Below, one piece after another: positions 23,969-37,603 of a DNA stretch of 64,000 nucleotides. A model generated the notes under the pieces. The model was not told the DNA's origin. It ran no database searches and worked only from the letters and a program-made list of their open reading frames with translations. The stretch covers positions 131,566,001-131,630,000 of the forward strand of contig NW_024704742.1 in assembly GCF_018977255.1 (NCBI RefSeq), in the 5' to 3' direction. Each line of letters begins with the position of its first letter. Position 1 is the stretch's first letter. The stretch comes from Callorhinchus milii (Eukaryota). Position numbers and translations under genes: made by a program.

Positions 23969-24447
23969 CCCCATGAGGTGTTTGAGAAGTCTTGATGATG
24001 TGATAAGGCACTATGTCAAATGCATAAATTATTGTTATTGTTATACACTCATTGAGTTAGGCAATACCTCCTGAAAGGGTCAGGAAGGCTATTTTTCCAT
24101 GCCTGTAATTAGCAAAGAAGCCCTCGCTGAAATCCTGGGCTTAATCACTATACCCACAGAGGGCAAAGAGTTTGAAATTATTGTTCATGACATTTATCTT
24201 ATCAATTTGTTAATCATAGTGCATAACCATGATTAACATTAATTCATGTGAACGTAGTCATGTTTTCTTATTCCTCATCATCAATTGAACGACATAAATT
24301 GCTCTGTGCCCCTCTGAGATCTGCAGCACTCTTTCTGCATTTCCAGAGCATGTTTAGTCCAAAGTCATTAACTGAACAATGACCTTCATATCTTCACAGA
24401 CAAGCCACTAATCTGCACTGATCTCTGTTGCCTCCACCCAACTGTTG

Positions 24448-25205
24448 CCAGCCTGGCTCAGTCAGAAGCACTCTTGCCTCTGAGTAAGAAGGTTGTGGGT
24501 TCAAGCCCCACATTGGGATTTTGAATGTACATTCTAGGCTAAAACTCCATTGCATTGACAGGGGAGTGCTGCATTGTTGGAAGTGCCATCCTTCAGTTCA
24601 GAGATTAAACGGAGGTCCCGCTTACCTATTCATGTAGGCGTTAAAGATCCCAAGGCACTATTCAAAAAGAAAAGAGAGTTTCTGCTGGTGTCCTGGCCAA
24701 CAATCCACCAAATAAAAAAAAGGTTACTCATCTCATGGGTGTTTATGGGATACTGTTGTGCACAAATTGGCTACCCTACCATCCTGCTCCCTCCCTCCCT
24801 CTGCTCAGCGGGCTCCGGCCTGCTTCACGTTCACCCACTTGCTCGCCCACTATTGGCAGGTGGGCCTTCTGCCACTCTGCCCCCATCCTCTGGAACTACA
24901 TCCTGCAGTCCCTCTGCCTCACCCCCTCCCTTGCCACCTTCAAGACCCATCTCAAGACCCTCCTTTTCTACCATGCTTTTGATCTCCCTGCTTCCCGTCT
25001 GCCCTGCACCCTCCCGACCCCGATCCCCAGCTCGGGTCTGTAACTCTGCCTGTCCAGCACTTTGGGTCGTCCTCCCGACGTGTAAGGCACTTTACAAATG
25101 GAATTTTGTTGCTACTGCTGCTGTTGTTGCCTTGTTTACCTTCAAATATACGTTCACTACACTTTAAATCTTGGGAAGTAATTCCTATGAAGTGTTTTGA
25201 GACAC
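24448..25205 (+). mobile_element. Deu-domain SINE interrupted by an L2 3' fragment (~24775-25128)
   Basis: SINE runs to AAATTGGCTA, then C-rich L2 3' end with TTG tail, then SINE resumes at GCCTTGTTTACC. Confidence 0.85.
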
Positions 25206-26569
25206 CCTCTCATCTTCTGTCTAATGGGTTTTGTTGCACATCTGTTGGGGACATTTGCGATTTTTTAAACACATTCCTTGTGATAATTAACACAAGAAAT
25301 GCTCTATGAAATTCACTCATAGTGTAATTAAAAAAGATGAGCTCATTTCTGGAGTGTTCCTTTATTGCGCTTAGGAGTTTCAAGAAATTCTGTAGGTCAT
25401 TATACTCTTATAATTGTGGTTAATTGTCTCCCTGTTAGTTTGTGTATATTGGGCAGAATCCTGAGAGTGGGCAATTGTACATAAAACTAATTCTTGCATG
25501 TAATACGGTGTCCATTGCATCAAAACACTTCAAAGGGTTTTTCCTTTGTAAAGTGCAGTGACTGTATTTGTCAGCAATTTGGCAGCCAATTTGCACATAG
25601 AAATGTAACAAAACCAGTGAAGTGAATGACCAGTTTTATATGCGGAATAATGTTTCAACATTCTGAGACACTATAATAATCCTTACATTTGATATAGCGC
25701 TTTTCACGTCTTCATGCTTTCACACTATCATGTATAAAGGGTGCTGTATAAACGCAAGTTGTTGCTGTTGTTTCATGCAGAGGACAGCACCTCTGCCTAT
25801 GCTGTATTAATCAAACTTCCTAATGTTGAGGCTTGAACCCACAACCTTCTGACTCACTGAGCCAGACTGACATCTCACCTATGCAGTAGATGGTCAGCTA
25901 CAAAATACACAGTTACTATACTTTCCAGTAAATCCCATGAAGCGCTTTAAGATGTCCTCCCAACTTAACGGGTGCTGTATCAAATACAAGGATTATTATT
26001 TTTCTCTTACCATTTTTAAAAAATATTCTGACATATGTTAAAGGGATGTTAAAAGGACCAAATAGCAAAACATCAACAAAAACAATTTACATTTATATAC
26101 AATGAGAATGAACGAAAAATGAATCAAGAGTCTATTCTTCCACCCACCCTCTGATGCCTTCAGAATATAGCCCAGCAAAACTAAGACCTTTCTGTTATTT
26201 TATATCAAAACACTTCAGTGAATTCACACCAGTAATTGTGTATATCCTGATCTCTACAGCAGTCTTTTTATTCGCTTAATTTACTGGAGGAAAGGGAAAG
26301 CATGCAGTATGTGAATTATCACATCACACACTGCAATTCCTCCTACCCATCCCCCCGCCCATCTCCCCCCTCCACCCTTCTTCCCCCATTGAGGGAGAGC
26401 TGTTCCACCCGATGATATACTATGTACAGTTAGAGACTGTCAGAGTTGAATCACATTTACTTGAGCTTTAGGCTCAAATCACATGGTATTAAGATCATCT
26501 GAGTCGAAAGATCAGAAGAAAAGATTCAGAAAGCCACAAAATGTCCCACTGTTTCAGGAGGAACTGCAC

Positions 26570-26900
26570 TTTTTTGAGGTTGCCTTAAATATCTCCCAAA
26601 GCTCCCCCCTGTTCCTCTTCAATGATATTTCCAATGGTTTTCAGATCTCTGTTGGTTCCATATGCCAACCAAACTATTTTATTTTTCAAGGGTATCTTGT
26701 TTCCTTAGGCTGCCAGTTAAACATTCTCTTTGACATTTTATGTGTTAGGCATCCTAATCGGATGGCTCAAACCATTCTAACACCATCTCTTGAAAGAAGA
26801 CGTCGATTAGTTTAGACAACATCCTGTGTTTGATAACTTTGACATTCTACTTAATCCAATGTATGGCCTTGACATTGGTAGTCAAAGCAAAGCCATTCAA
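26570..26900 (-). mobile_element. Ancient RTE-clade LINE ORF C-terminal relic
   Basis: Minus-strand, frameshifted FDYQC..L / LEWF.HPIRMP / KRMFNWQPK, resembling the RTE consensus F..CLRRIL..RLRWFGH..RM..K...W.P. Confidence 0.55.
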
Positions 26901-28833
26901 TGTCCTGCAAATGATTGCTTGTTTAAGTGCTTCACAGTGATACATAAAGATAAGTCTTAGAACATTTTAACTTGAAAGTGACTTTGTATTTAGCTTCAAT
27001 CCTGTCATTTTTTTTTTAACGTGACAGTCCTTTCAAGGAGAAAACTTACATGTTCACATCCAGTTACCTTGGAATAAGAACCCTGCCTGATTATGGGAAC
27101 CAAAATCCAATAAAGGTGAATGGGGGAGAAAGGGAAAGGCTATGTTTTTATTGATGGAAAATGAGCTTGGAAGCTGAGATCAGTAAATTAATTTAGAAGA
27201 TTAATGAAGGAAAAACAGAATATGATGGAATTGCACAATAAGTCAATAAACATAAAACATATCTGATAAAAGGTCATGATCCAAATATTAGTCCATCATT
27301 CTCCTTCAGAGGCTGGTTGACCTAGGGAATATGGGAATATAGGAGCCAATCTGGGTGATGTGGCTCTTCGAGTCTACTTTTTTTTAAGGTAGATGTAAAG
27401 TTGTTTTTAAAAAAAATCCAATTAGTTAAATTTTTCCACCTTTTCTCCAAGTTGTTAATCTGTCCTTCAGATGAGACTTTAAACCAAGCCCCTTTGGCTT
27501 GTTCAGGTGGGCATTAGAAGATCCCATGGGACTATTCGAAAAAAGAAGGGTGTTTCTCCTCATGTCCAGGCCAACAATCTACCAATTAAAATTGGTCACT
27601 CACTTCACAGTTGTTCATGGGATATTGCCATACACCAATTCGCTGCCATGTTCTCCCACAAAACACGCAGTCATTGCACTTTACAGTATATCCTGTGAAT
27701 AGCTTTAAGACATTCTCCTGGCGTGAAAGGCAATATACTTTAATAAGTGTTTTAATAATCCTAAATGAGGATTATTATTATAGGATTATTAATGCACTTA
27801 CTTTCAAGCATCCATCTATCTCCCTTTTAAAACCACCCAATCAATTCTGCATCTATGACCTCCTTGATCAATGCAGTCCACATTGCTGCAACTCTTTGTA
27901 CAAAGAATCCTTTTTTTGATTTCACTTTTGACTCTCATAAGGCTAAAAATTTTAAAGCCAAATTGCTGAGAGCCAGTATCTGATTGGGGTTTTCCAACAA
28001 CTTGCATTTATATTGTGCCCTTTATGCCGGACGCTAATCGCATCCAAGAAATGCGACGGACCCCTCTAACTGCCTGGTCAGTGAGATTAACAAACTCATT
28101 TTGCTTAGAAAGGAGATTCCCCAAGGCAGGAGCACAGATTGATTTAATTCAACCAGTAACTAGCAAACAATTTGAACATGAGCATGCTCTGTTGCTTCAG
28201 AACCCATGCTGACTGCCTATGCCACTCTACGTGTTGCATCATGAGGACATGTATCAACCTCCCACACAAAAGCCCTGAACAATACAAGGTGGCTTGATAA
28301 AACAGGTCATGAGATCAATTTAATTAATTTAATGTTGGACCACACTAATGATTGTTAAAGGCATAGTTTCTGCAAATGTAATTAGTGAAAATTCTACAGA
28401 CAGTTAATAGCAGGTAGATAAAACTTGCATGCATCAATATAAAAGTTTTGTGAGTTCATGTATAGCTATCTCATTTCAGTCTGCCTCAATTCCTAGTTAG
28501 AAGGTTGTGGAAATCGATCCCCAAAGTCAGAACTTTGAACTCGTACAGTCTGGGCTGACAAACCAACCCAGAATGATGGATTGTTAGAGGTGCGGTCTTT
28601 TGCATAGGAAATTAAACTGAGGTCCTGTCTGCTTATGCAGCAGGTCATTAAATATCCCATGGCATTACTTGAAAAAGATAAGGGTATTTTTCCTGGTGTC
28701 CTGGCTGACAATCCCCCAGTTTAAAATACATGGTTATTCTCTTCATCACTGTTTGTGGTTCACTGCTATGCACAAATTGGCTTCCACATTCACCTACAAA
28801 ATACACAGTCACTACACTTTTACAATAAGAACT

Positions 28834-29641
28834 TGTGGAGTCCTGTAGAGTGTTGGTTGGAGCACTCGCCTCCGAAATGAGAGGACCTGGGTTCGATTCC
28901 CAGGACAAGGCGAAACAGTAGGCAAGTTTCCTTACTACACCAGCTTCTGCAGCCCTTGTCCTCTCTTGCACCAGGCTCCGTAACCCTATCATCCCCTACT
29001 GGCTTCCCATCACACAGAGGATATAGTTCAAGATCCTGGTCCTCACTTTCAAAGACCACCATGGCCTTGCTCCCCCCTATCTCTGTGACCTTCTAACCTC
29101 CTACCAATCTGCCCATTCCCTCCCCTCAGAGGGCTCTGGTCTGCTTCACGTCCCCCATTTCACCCACCCCACTATTGGTGAGTGGGCCTTCTGCCACTCT
29201 GCCCCCCACCCTCTGGAACTCCATCCCATAGTTTCTGCACTCTGCCTCCTTCAAGACCCATCTTGACCCTCCGTTTCGACCTTGCCTTTGGTCACCCTCC
29301 TTCTCCACCCTGCCCCCAGCTTGGGTCCGAAACACTGATTGTCCAGCAACTTGGGACATCCTCCCGACATGAAAGCTGCTATAGAAATGTAATTTTGTTG
29401 TTGTGTTATGTTTACGTAGTATTAAGTTGTTAGTCAATTGACGAATCGCTTTTACCGGGGTAATAATCCCTTCAATAAATAATAATTTGGTTTCTCAATC
29501 CGCAGCTGTTTTTGGGACACTGCTATGTGCAATTGGCAGTGGCATTTCACCCACAAAATATGCAATCAATTTACTTTATAGATATCCTGTGAAGTGCATT
29601 GAGACATCTTGAAGATGTGATAAGGATTATTATTATTATTA
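28834..29641 (+). mobile_element. Long-form tRNA-Ala SINE interrupted by an L2 3' fragment (~28945-29405)
   Basis: SINE head to CCTTACTACACACC, L2 3' end with TTG tail, SINE resumes at GTTGTTAGTCAATTGACG. Confidence 0.85.
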
Positions 29642-30147
29642 TAAATCCAATTAAGTGTCTTGTGACGTTCCTCTGTTGTAAAGGGGGTTATATAAAATGC
29701 AAGAATAATTATTAATATAAAATACATATCAAAATTTCTATTCCACATGTGAAAAGCATTGACTCGAATAATTATTGCAAAGATTGCAAGGCTGATTAAA
29801 ATTAAAGTGTAAATAATATCAGTAATACCACTGCACCTCTCATATCTACATCACTAATAAAGCAGTGATAAGTGTGTACATTATTAAACAGATAAGTCGA
29901 GATACAAACATCCCCAAAATGACCACTCACATTTAAAGAATGGAATAATTCACAACAATCTTCTCACCAGCATCAGCAAATAATATACACATCAATAGAT
30001 GTTGAGTCTGCAGCATTTCCTTGAGGGTGGTTTATCATTTTCATCTGGGACAGCAGTGATGATCGAGTGATAATCGTTTAGGTGCTGTATCTTTGCAACC
30101 CAGTCAAAAAGTTATTTCCAAGTATCCCTGAAGTGTAAAGTCTGTGA

Positions 30148-30462
30148 ATAATAATAATCCTTGCATTTGATATAGTGCCTTATCACATCATTGAGACATA
30201 TATTGCAGAATATATTTAAAAATGAATTAACTGTGTATTTTGTGGGCAAAAAGTGGCAGCCAATTGTGCACAGCAGTGTCCCACAAACAGTTGTAGATTG
30301 AGTGACAATTATTTTTTGAGGGATTATTTGAGGGAAAGTGATCCAACAACAGGCTTATGGAGTAAGGAAACATGCCTAAGGTTTCACCCAACCTGGGAAT
30401 CAAACCCACGTCCTCTCGCTTGTGAGGCGAGCAAGCTAACCACTATGCTATGAGATTCCACT
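30148..30462 (-). mobile_element. tRNA-Ala-derived SINE
   Basis: Family match from head to tail. Confidence 0.85.
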
Positions 30463-30479
30463 ATGAACTGTGAAGGAGC

Positions 30480-30897
30480 TTGTAACTATAATAAAAATGT
30501 CTACATTTGTCAGAGCGCTTTCCACATCGGAGATCTGGAAAAGCTTCACAGGATATATTGTAAAGTGGAGTGGGAAAACCTGACAGTCAACTTTTGCACA
30601 GCAATACCCAAACAAAAAGCCATGAAGTGAATGACCGTTTTTATTTGGAGCAGTCTTGGCCAGAACACAGGGAGAAACCCACTTCACTTTTCAAACAGTG
30701 CCGTGGAATTTTCACATCGAACTGAACATTGAGACAGGACTTGATTTAAAGTTGTATCCGAAGCACAGCACCTCCAATAATGCAGCACATCCCCAGTGTC
30801 ATCACAGACGATATGAGTTCCAAGTCCTAGTGTGAGGCTTGAACCCACAACCTACTGACTTAGAGGCAAGAGTGCTATCAACTGAGCCAGGCTGACA
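30480..30897 (-). mobile_element. Deu-domain SINE
   Basis: Reverse complement of GTCAGCCTGGCTCAGTTGATAGCAC head and Deu core. Confidence 0.8.
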
Positions 30898-31366
30898 CCC
30901 AAGTGGAAGAGGTGGTTGCCATGTGAAGGGTGTTCAGTTGAGTTAGTTCATCATCCTAGTCAGTTCAGCTTGTAGGTTGCACTTTAAGAAGGTGTTTTAA
31001 AAAACATAAAATGTTTTAAAAAAACATTAAATGTTGTGCAGACAAACACTGTGAACAATACAAGCTTGATTCTGAGGTATTACTCTGTAAATTCCAAAGG
31101 CTTCTCCCTCCAGTACTCAGAGTAAAAAGTCTGCTTTGGGCTAAGTTGCTGTGATGAGGAGACCTGCATCCAGCTACAAAGAAATTGCAAGAGGCAGATA
31201 TTCATGGCTGAAATTAAAGAAGGATTGACATGAACATTCGCTATCATATCTGCTGACTGATTCATCGGATCAGTTTCTTGGACAGTAGCCTGTAATAATG
31301 ATAATAAGCCTTTCAATTGATATAGCAACATCGAGATGCCTCAAAATGTTTTACAGGATGTGTTGC

Positions 31367-32247
31367 AAACAACAACAACTTGCACTTATGTAGCGCCCTC
31401 CATGCAGGGTAGGGTCTCAGGGTGCTTAACAGAGGTTGAGTCTGACTCCCAGCCGGGGGTTGGGTTAGGTGGCCATAAGCACGGTCGAAGAGGAAAGTTT
31501 TCATGTGGGATTTGAGAAAATGGAGAGAGGGGGTAAGGCAGAGGGATTGAGGGAGAGTGTTCCAGAGTTTCGGGACGAAGTGGCTGAAAGCGCGACCCCT
31601 GATGGTGGGGTGGCGGGTGCGAGGGACAAGCAGGAGGCCAATGCCAGTCGAGCAAGGTGGTAAATTGGGGAGCACGAGGAGGTCGGAGAGATAGGGAGGT
31701 GCCAGGGAGTGAATGGATTTGAACACGAGAGTGAGGATCTTGAAAGTCGCTCCGTTTGTGATGGGGAGCCTGGGTCAGAACTGGTGAGAGGTGGGTATGG
31801 AGTTTGGTCCGGGTCAGTATGCAGGTGGCAGAGTTCTGAATAAGATGGATCTTGTGAATGATGGAGCTGGGGAGTCCGGCGAGGAGTGCGTTGGAGTAAT
31901 CCAGACGGGAGGTGAAAAACGCATGCACAAGGGTTTTGGGTGGCATTTGGGGTAATGTACGGTCGGAGACGGGTAATGTGACGGAGGTGGAAGAAGGTGG
32001 TCCTGGTCAGGGACCAAATGTAGGGGAGGAAGGACAGCTGGGGGTTGAACTGGATCCCTAGGTTGCGCACTGGTTTGGTGAGTCTGAGGGAGAACCCAGG
32101 GAGGTTGAGGAGTTTAGATCTGCAGGAGTGAAGACGTTGATGGGAGCCAAGGAGTATGACTCCTGTCTTGTCCATATTCAGCTGCAGGGAGTTTACGCTC
32201 ATCCAGGCCTTGATGTCTGCCAGACAAGCTGATAGAACATCGGCTGT
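31367..32247 (-). mobile_element. L2 LINE 3' ~880 bp, disrupted ORF2
   Basis: [61 protein letters not shown]; (TTG)n tail. Confidence 0.93.
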
Positions 32248-32249
32248 AA

Positions 32250-32662
32250 GGTATAATGATGGTAATTTGCAGGTGAACGCAGCAGCCAATTTGTGAATAG
32301 CAATATCTGACAAACAGTAATAATGTGAATACCAGTTTTATTTCAGGCATTGCTGGCTAGGACACTGGAAGAAACTCCCTTCTTTATTCAAATAGTGCCA
32401 TGAGATCTTTCACATCCACCTGAATAGGACCTCAGTTTAACATTTCATCCAAAGGACAACAACAATTTACATTTATACAGCACACTTCATGCAGGATAGC
32501 ATCTCAGAGTGCTGGACAGCAGCTGTGATAATGCACCATTCCCCTCAGCAATGTATTGGAGTATCAGCCTAAACTATGGGTGCTCAGAATCCTGACCTGG
32601 AGCTTGGACCCCCAAGCTTCTGACTGAAGCGAGAGTGCTACTGACTGAGCCACGCTGACACT
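32250..32662 (-). mobile_element. Deu-domain SINE (with a short L2 tail inserted ~32456-32520)
   Basis: Family head and core on the minus strand. Confidence 0.75.
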
Positions 32663-34032
32663 TTCCCATTAACTCATGTAACTGTAATAAAGAGGTAGCC
32701 ACCTCAGTTCCTTTTTCAGTCACATCGTGGCTGATTCTAAAGCACAGGATTCACAGGTAAGAAAATGCAGGTCTTCCAGCTCGGAATTACCATGGGAGAA
32801 TTTTCTCACTTATTTGTCCATTGGGAAAAATGAGAAATAATGTGAATTATTCCCCTGCTGGTTTCCAAATATGCAACCTGAACACTGAGACTGATTGAAC
32901 AACCTAACAATTTGTTGGAACAGACAGATTTGTGATTACGAAAATCAGAATGATAATTATTCCGTTTTGATTATGTAATAATAACAATAAGGAATGTTTT
33001 GCATTAATAGTCCCAAAACACTCAACAAGAATATTTGGCGAGTTATTATAATTGGATGGTAGGCATCAAACAGTTTTTTTTCAAATGGAAAGCCACCTGC
33101 AGTGTTCTCCTGTGTATGTTAATTTAATTTAGATATTATCTTCGGAAATAAAATGGGTGTTTGAAGTTTTAAAATAAATTATAATACATGTGTTTTATGA
33201 AGAGAAAACCATACAAATCCGAATCCCCTCATTGAATGTTAGCACTATTCAGGAGCTGTGAAGAAATGAACTTTTTTTTCCCTTTGAAGAGAATCTTTTA
33301 ATTGACTTAATAAATTAAAAATCACACATTGAAGCTATAAGGTGGATGGCATCTATTTAAAGAGGCAGCATTCTGAGGTGGGTAGGATTAGTGGAATATT
33401 GGTGCCTTTTGATTTACATTTCAACTGAATAGAGTTTTCAAAGGAAAAGCTGTGAGCCGGGCATTCACTTTGGTAGTTACACAGAGTTCATTCATTTCAA
33501 GATGAAATACAAAATAGTTGCTGATTAGGGTTGAGTTTACAGTGTAATGTAATCAGGAGCTGTAACACAGGGCTTTTCACCCACATGCCGGCATCCCAAA
33601 ATAACATTATTCTCATCGGATTTCTTTGGTAATGAAATGCAGTGCTTGTTTGTGGTGATATTTTAGTCCTGGGTTCCTGCCCATCAGTGGAAAATAACAA
33701 CGCAACACTGTTTTAGTTTTCTGTTGAAAGGCGATAAGATCAAAAATGTGGCACGTTTTTTGTCCAGACAGATGTCTGACACGTATGGAAACTCAACACC
33801 ACGCTTAAGAGTATTCAAACCAGACTGAGAATTCCATACGTATGGAAATCCCTGTGTTTGGAATAGACGCATCCTTCTACGTAATTCCAGAGAGGATTAG
33901 GTTCAAGATGGCAACAGCCAAGGTTTGGGAATCCTCAAAGTATGCGTTGGGTGTACAAGCTGGAATTTAACCCGATAAAACCACATAGCTTGCTATTGAG
34001 AGCAATGTTTGGAAGGATCAAAGAATTTAGAT

Positions 34033-34073
34033 CAGTGCTGGCCAAACTATGGCCCACAGGCCATTTGTGGCCC
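34033..34073 (+). mobile_element. hAT (Charlie-like) transposon terminus relic
   Basis: CAGTGCTGGCCAAACTATGGCCCACAGGCCA resembles MER58-type ends (CAGGGGT.GGCAAACTACGGCCCGCGGGCC), preceded by TTTAGAT. Confidence 0.5.
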
Positions 34074-34265
34074 ATGGGGCCATCAAGAAGTAGCACCCCA
34101 AACATTCCCACTTGTCTAGGTAAGTCCGTGTAAGATTGATAGTGTGTCCTGTTTTTCTCTTGATTGAATATATATTGATTTATGACACATCAAGAAATAT
34201 TCAATCAAGAAAATGTATTTTGGCCACCAATGGTTTAGATGAAGAGTTGACCATATCAGCAAAAA

Positions 34266-34490
34266 TTCTGTGCCTTTTCTGGATGTCTGCAATGTCCGGG
34301 ACTCACTTGGAGGTACCACTCACCAGAAATCTGATGGTGTAACTTCAACCTACAAAGGCTGCCATTCAATCAATGTGCAGGTTGTCTGCCCTGCGTAGCA
34401 GAAGATCTTATGTCTGAATCAGCACAGCCAGTGAATTCCACCAGCAACACTTGAAACAAAATCTCTGAACATGAGGCTGGTTGCTTGGGC
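34266..34490 (+). mobile_element. PIF/Harbinger DDE transposase relic
   Basis: KGCHSINVQVVC (34354-34389), upstream NVRDSLGGTTH-like (cf. NVIGAIDGTH) and downstream GWLLG (34475-34489), in canonical order with stops and frameshifts. Confidence 0.75.
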
Positions 34491-34619
34491 TTCACCCTGG
34501 AAGTAACCGCTCAGGATATTTCATTGTTGTTTGCGAAACGTTGCCAACAAGGACTGGCTGTTCTTTCGGCTGAATTTAACAACATCCTGTGTTAAACACA
34601 AGTTATAATAAGCAAGAAC

Positions 34620-34943
34620 AATAATAATAATAATAATCCTTGTATTTGATATAGCGCTTTTCACGTCGGGAGGACGTCCCAAAGCGCTTCACAGAACACA
34701 CTGCAAAGTGAATTGACTGTATATTTGTGGGCGAACGCGGCAGCCAATTGCGCACAGCAATGTCCCACAAACAGTCGTAGATTAAAAATGACCAATTTAT
34801 TATTGTTTTTTTTTGGAGGGATTATTATTAGGCTCTGTGTGGAGTAAGGAAACTTGCCCAAGGTTTCGCCCTCTGCCTGGAATTGAACTCAGGTCTCTCG
34901 CTTGCAAAGCGAGTGCTCTAACCACTGAGCTACAGGACTCCAC
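34620..34943 (-). mobile_element. tRNA-Ala-derived SINE, young full-length copy with L2-matched tail
   Basis: CpGs retained; tail GGGACGTCCTCCCGACGTGAAAAGCGCTATAT. Confidence 0.95.
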
Positions 34944-37389
34944 TGCTTGCATTTGATATAGCACCTTATCAAATCATTGAGTTGTCTCAAAGCGCTTCAC
35001 AGAATATATTGTAAAATGGATTGACTGTATAATTAAGATAATTAACGACTGGAACAGGTTGCCAGGAAGGGTGGTTAAAACAGCTTGTTCCTGTAATTTG
35101 ACGACAATAGGGCGGGTACTCTGGGAAGATGAGATCAAATGGGCTGAATGGTCTTCCACCAAACTAATCCTGTGATCTTTTGATAACACTATTTACTTGC
35201 TTTCTGATTGTAGGTGATTAACAACTGGTTACCAGAAAGAGTGGTTGAGGCCAGGAGACTGGAATGAAATCTTAAAAAAAGCTAACTTGATGCTGTGAAG
35301 GGAGGACAATAGGGTGGGCATTCTGTAAGGATGAGATCAAATGGATCTTCTTCACCTGAAATGATCTTATGACCTTGCCCGCTCACATTAACTTACGAAA
35401 ACTTGTTCACACAAGCACAACAGTCGGATCTTTATTCGCACGAGGACTTGAAATCTCTGAGCATTTTCTCCTGGGATGTTCTAACATCCTTCCAAAGTAA
35501 AAGGCACCATTTAAGTGTAAATTCCATTGTACTGTATTGTGGCATTCTAACAAAAGAAGGTCCCACCAGAATAGCATTCTTGCTTGTTGGTTTGACATTT
35601 GAGTTTCCTTATTAAAAAATCCCACTAGAAATTGCTGCATTTTGCGTGCAAGTAACCTTCTGGGATATGGAAAACCCTGGCAAGTAGAGGCAGAGTTTAT
35701 TGTATAGTCAGGGAAGTAGACCATGCAAATGAAAGATAGAGGCTTGAGGGAGTATGGGGATGTGTCAAGGCAGTGGGATTGAATAAACATCTTGCTATGA
35801 GAGCCGATGCTGATGGGCTGAATGGCCTCCTGTTGTCCTGTAGATTTCTATGATTCTAACCATAATTATGTTACTTTATTACATAGATAAATGAGAAACG
35901 TTAATGAGCCAGTGGGGTGTATCTTAAGTGTTAGCATTGGCAATCCCATTACAAAGAAGTGGCACAATTATTGCTTTTTTCGTTTACCCATCATCATAAA
36001 ACAGACCTTGACGATTCAACATCTATTGCTTTCAGTCCTGGAGCCACATTATTTATAATTCTCACTCAGATGTTATTGGTTTGTCAAAAGTAATGTTTTT
36101 TTTAACGTGTTGCTCAATAGTAATTTTCAAAAGTACTATTGATCTTCAATCCACATTCTGTGATGAAAATTGAGTTTTCTTCGTTATTTCTACGTTTTCC
36201 GACATAACTAGGGCTCTAACCAGCCTTTAATATCATAAAAATCAATCTGATATAAATTGAATGTGCCTATATCTCCTTTTGACACAGGCTACATTAAAAA
36301 TATATATTTTTAAACAATGAGATATAAAAAAATCCAACAATTTTAGACCTTTCACTAGATTTTGTATTTCACTAAGAATAGTTGGTTCAAAACTCTTGTG
36401 CTTCACTAGGAACATGAATATAAATGATCCTGATCATGTTGAAATGTCCCAAAACACTGTAGGGTTATTATTGTGATGTAGTGACTGTGTATATTGTGAG
36501 CAAACGCAGCAATCTATTGACACATACTGTCCCACAACAGCCAAGAGGCGAATGACGGATTTAACTGGAAGATTACAGTGGAGCCATAGTGTGATGTAGG
36601 GTTGGAATGCATAAAATCCTACCCCATGCTATAATGAAATGTGATAGCTACTTTTACTGTTCAACTGAGCCAAACGGATTCTTAAATAACGATGGATTAT
36701 GTTACCAGGAACTTGTCTCAAACTGAAACACTGATATGGAAGATTGCAAAGTGATGATAGCCAGACCCATGAGTGCATATAATAAATAATAATAATCCTT
36801 GCATCTGATATAGCACCTTATCATGTCTATTTGTGAGATCCTGGCTTGATTCAGAGTTAAGCTGGTATTCCACAAATCCACACTATATTGACCAGTCCAC
36901 TCTTCCCACCCAGGCTAGTCTGTCCACCCCACCAGTCATCTAATCCATTCCCCCACTTCCACAATGTCGCCCACCTCTGCCACTGCTTGTCCCTTTCGGC
37001 CATGGAGATCCTCATCCACCATTCATCACTTCTAGGCTCTACAATATCTTCCCACTTGTCGATCTTTCCAACTCTTCCCTCCACAAGCTGCAGACGGATA
37101 TGAACAACACGATAATTAACATAATCATTTAACGATGAGTTATCTTGCCCTCGGTTCAAGAGTTACCATCACCGTTTAAAGATGAGTTGGATCGAGATTA
37201 TTGCACACATACGCAAAGATATATACTGTTTATATAATGAACCATATAGGGCTGAACAGATTAAAGAGAGCTGAAACCGTGATGTTATGCGAGTCTCCTA
37301 AGGGGAAAGAAATGTACTAACTTCGAGAAGTCAAACGTTTTGTTTGAAAAAAATCTACAATTAAATAACTGAATTCCATTTATCCAGTG

Positions 37390-37603
37390 CGTACAAAGCG
37401 CTGGCATTGCTTGAAAGGGAGGCCGATTCAATAACTACTTTTAAAAACACGGTGGACGGGTATTTGAGGAGGACCGGTCTGCAGGGTTATGGGGAAAGGG
37501 CTGTGGAGTGGGATTGACATTACATTGCTCTTTTCAAAGAGCGGGCACAGACTCAATGGGCCGAATGGCCTCTTTTTGTGCTATATGATTCTATGATTCT
37601 ATG
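37390..37603 (+). mobile_element. CR1 3' fragment
   Basis: Ends GGGCCGAATGGCCT..ATGATTCTATGATTCTATG, a CR1 terminal microsatellite. Confidence 0.85.

Noticed and set aside
24574..25167. 197-aa proline/serine-rich ORF
   Set aside because: Off-frame read-through of a Deu SINE plus a C-rich L2 3' end
31313..32313. Overlapping 137-270 aa ORFs
   Set aside because: Frameshifted L2 ORF2 fused to SINE sequence
34266..34490. HARBI1 gene exon
   Set aside because: Stops, frameshifts and loss of catalytic aspartates indicate a transposon fossil
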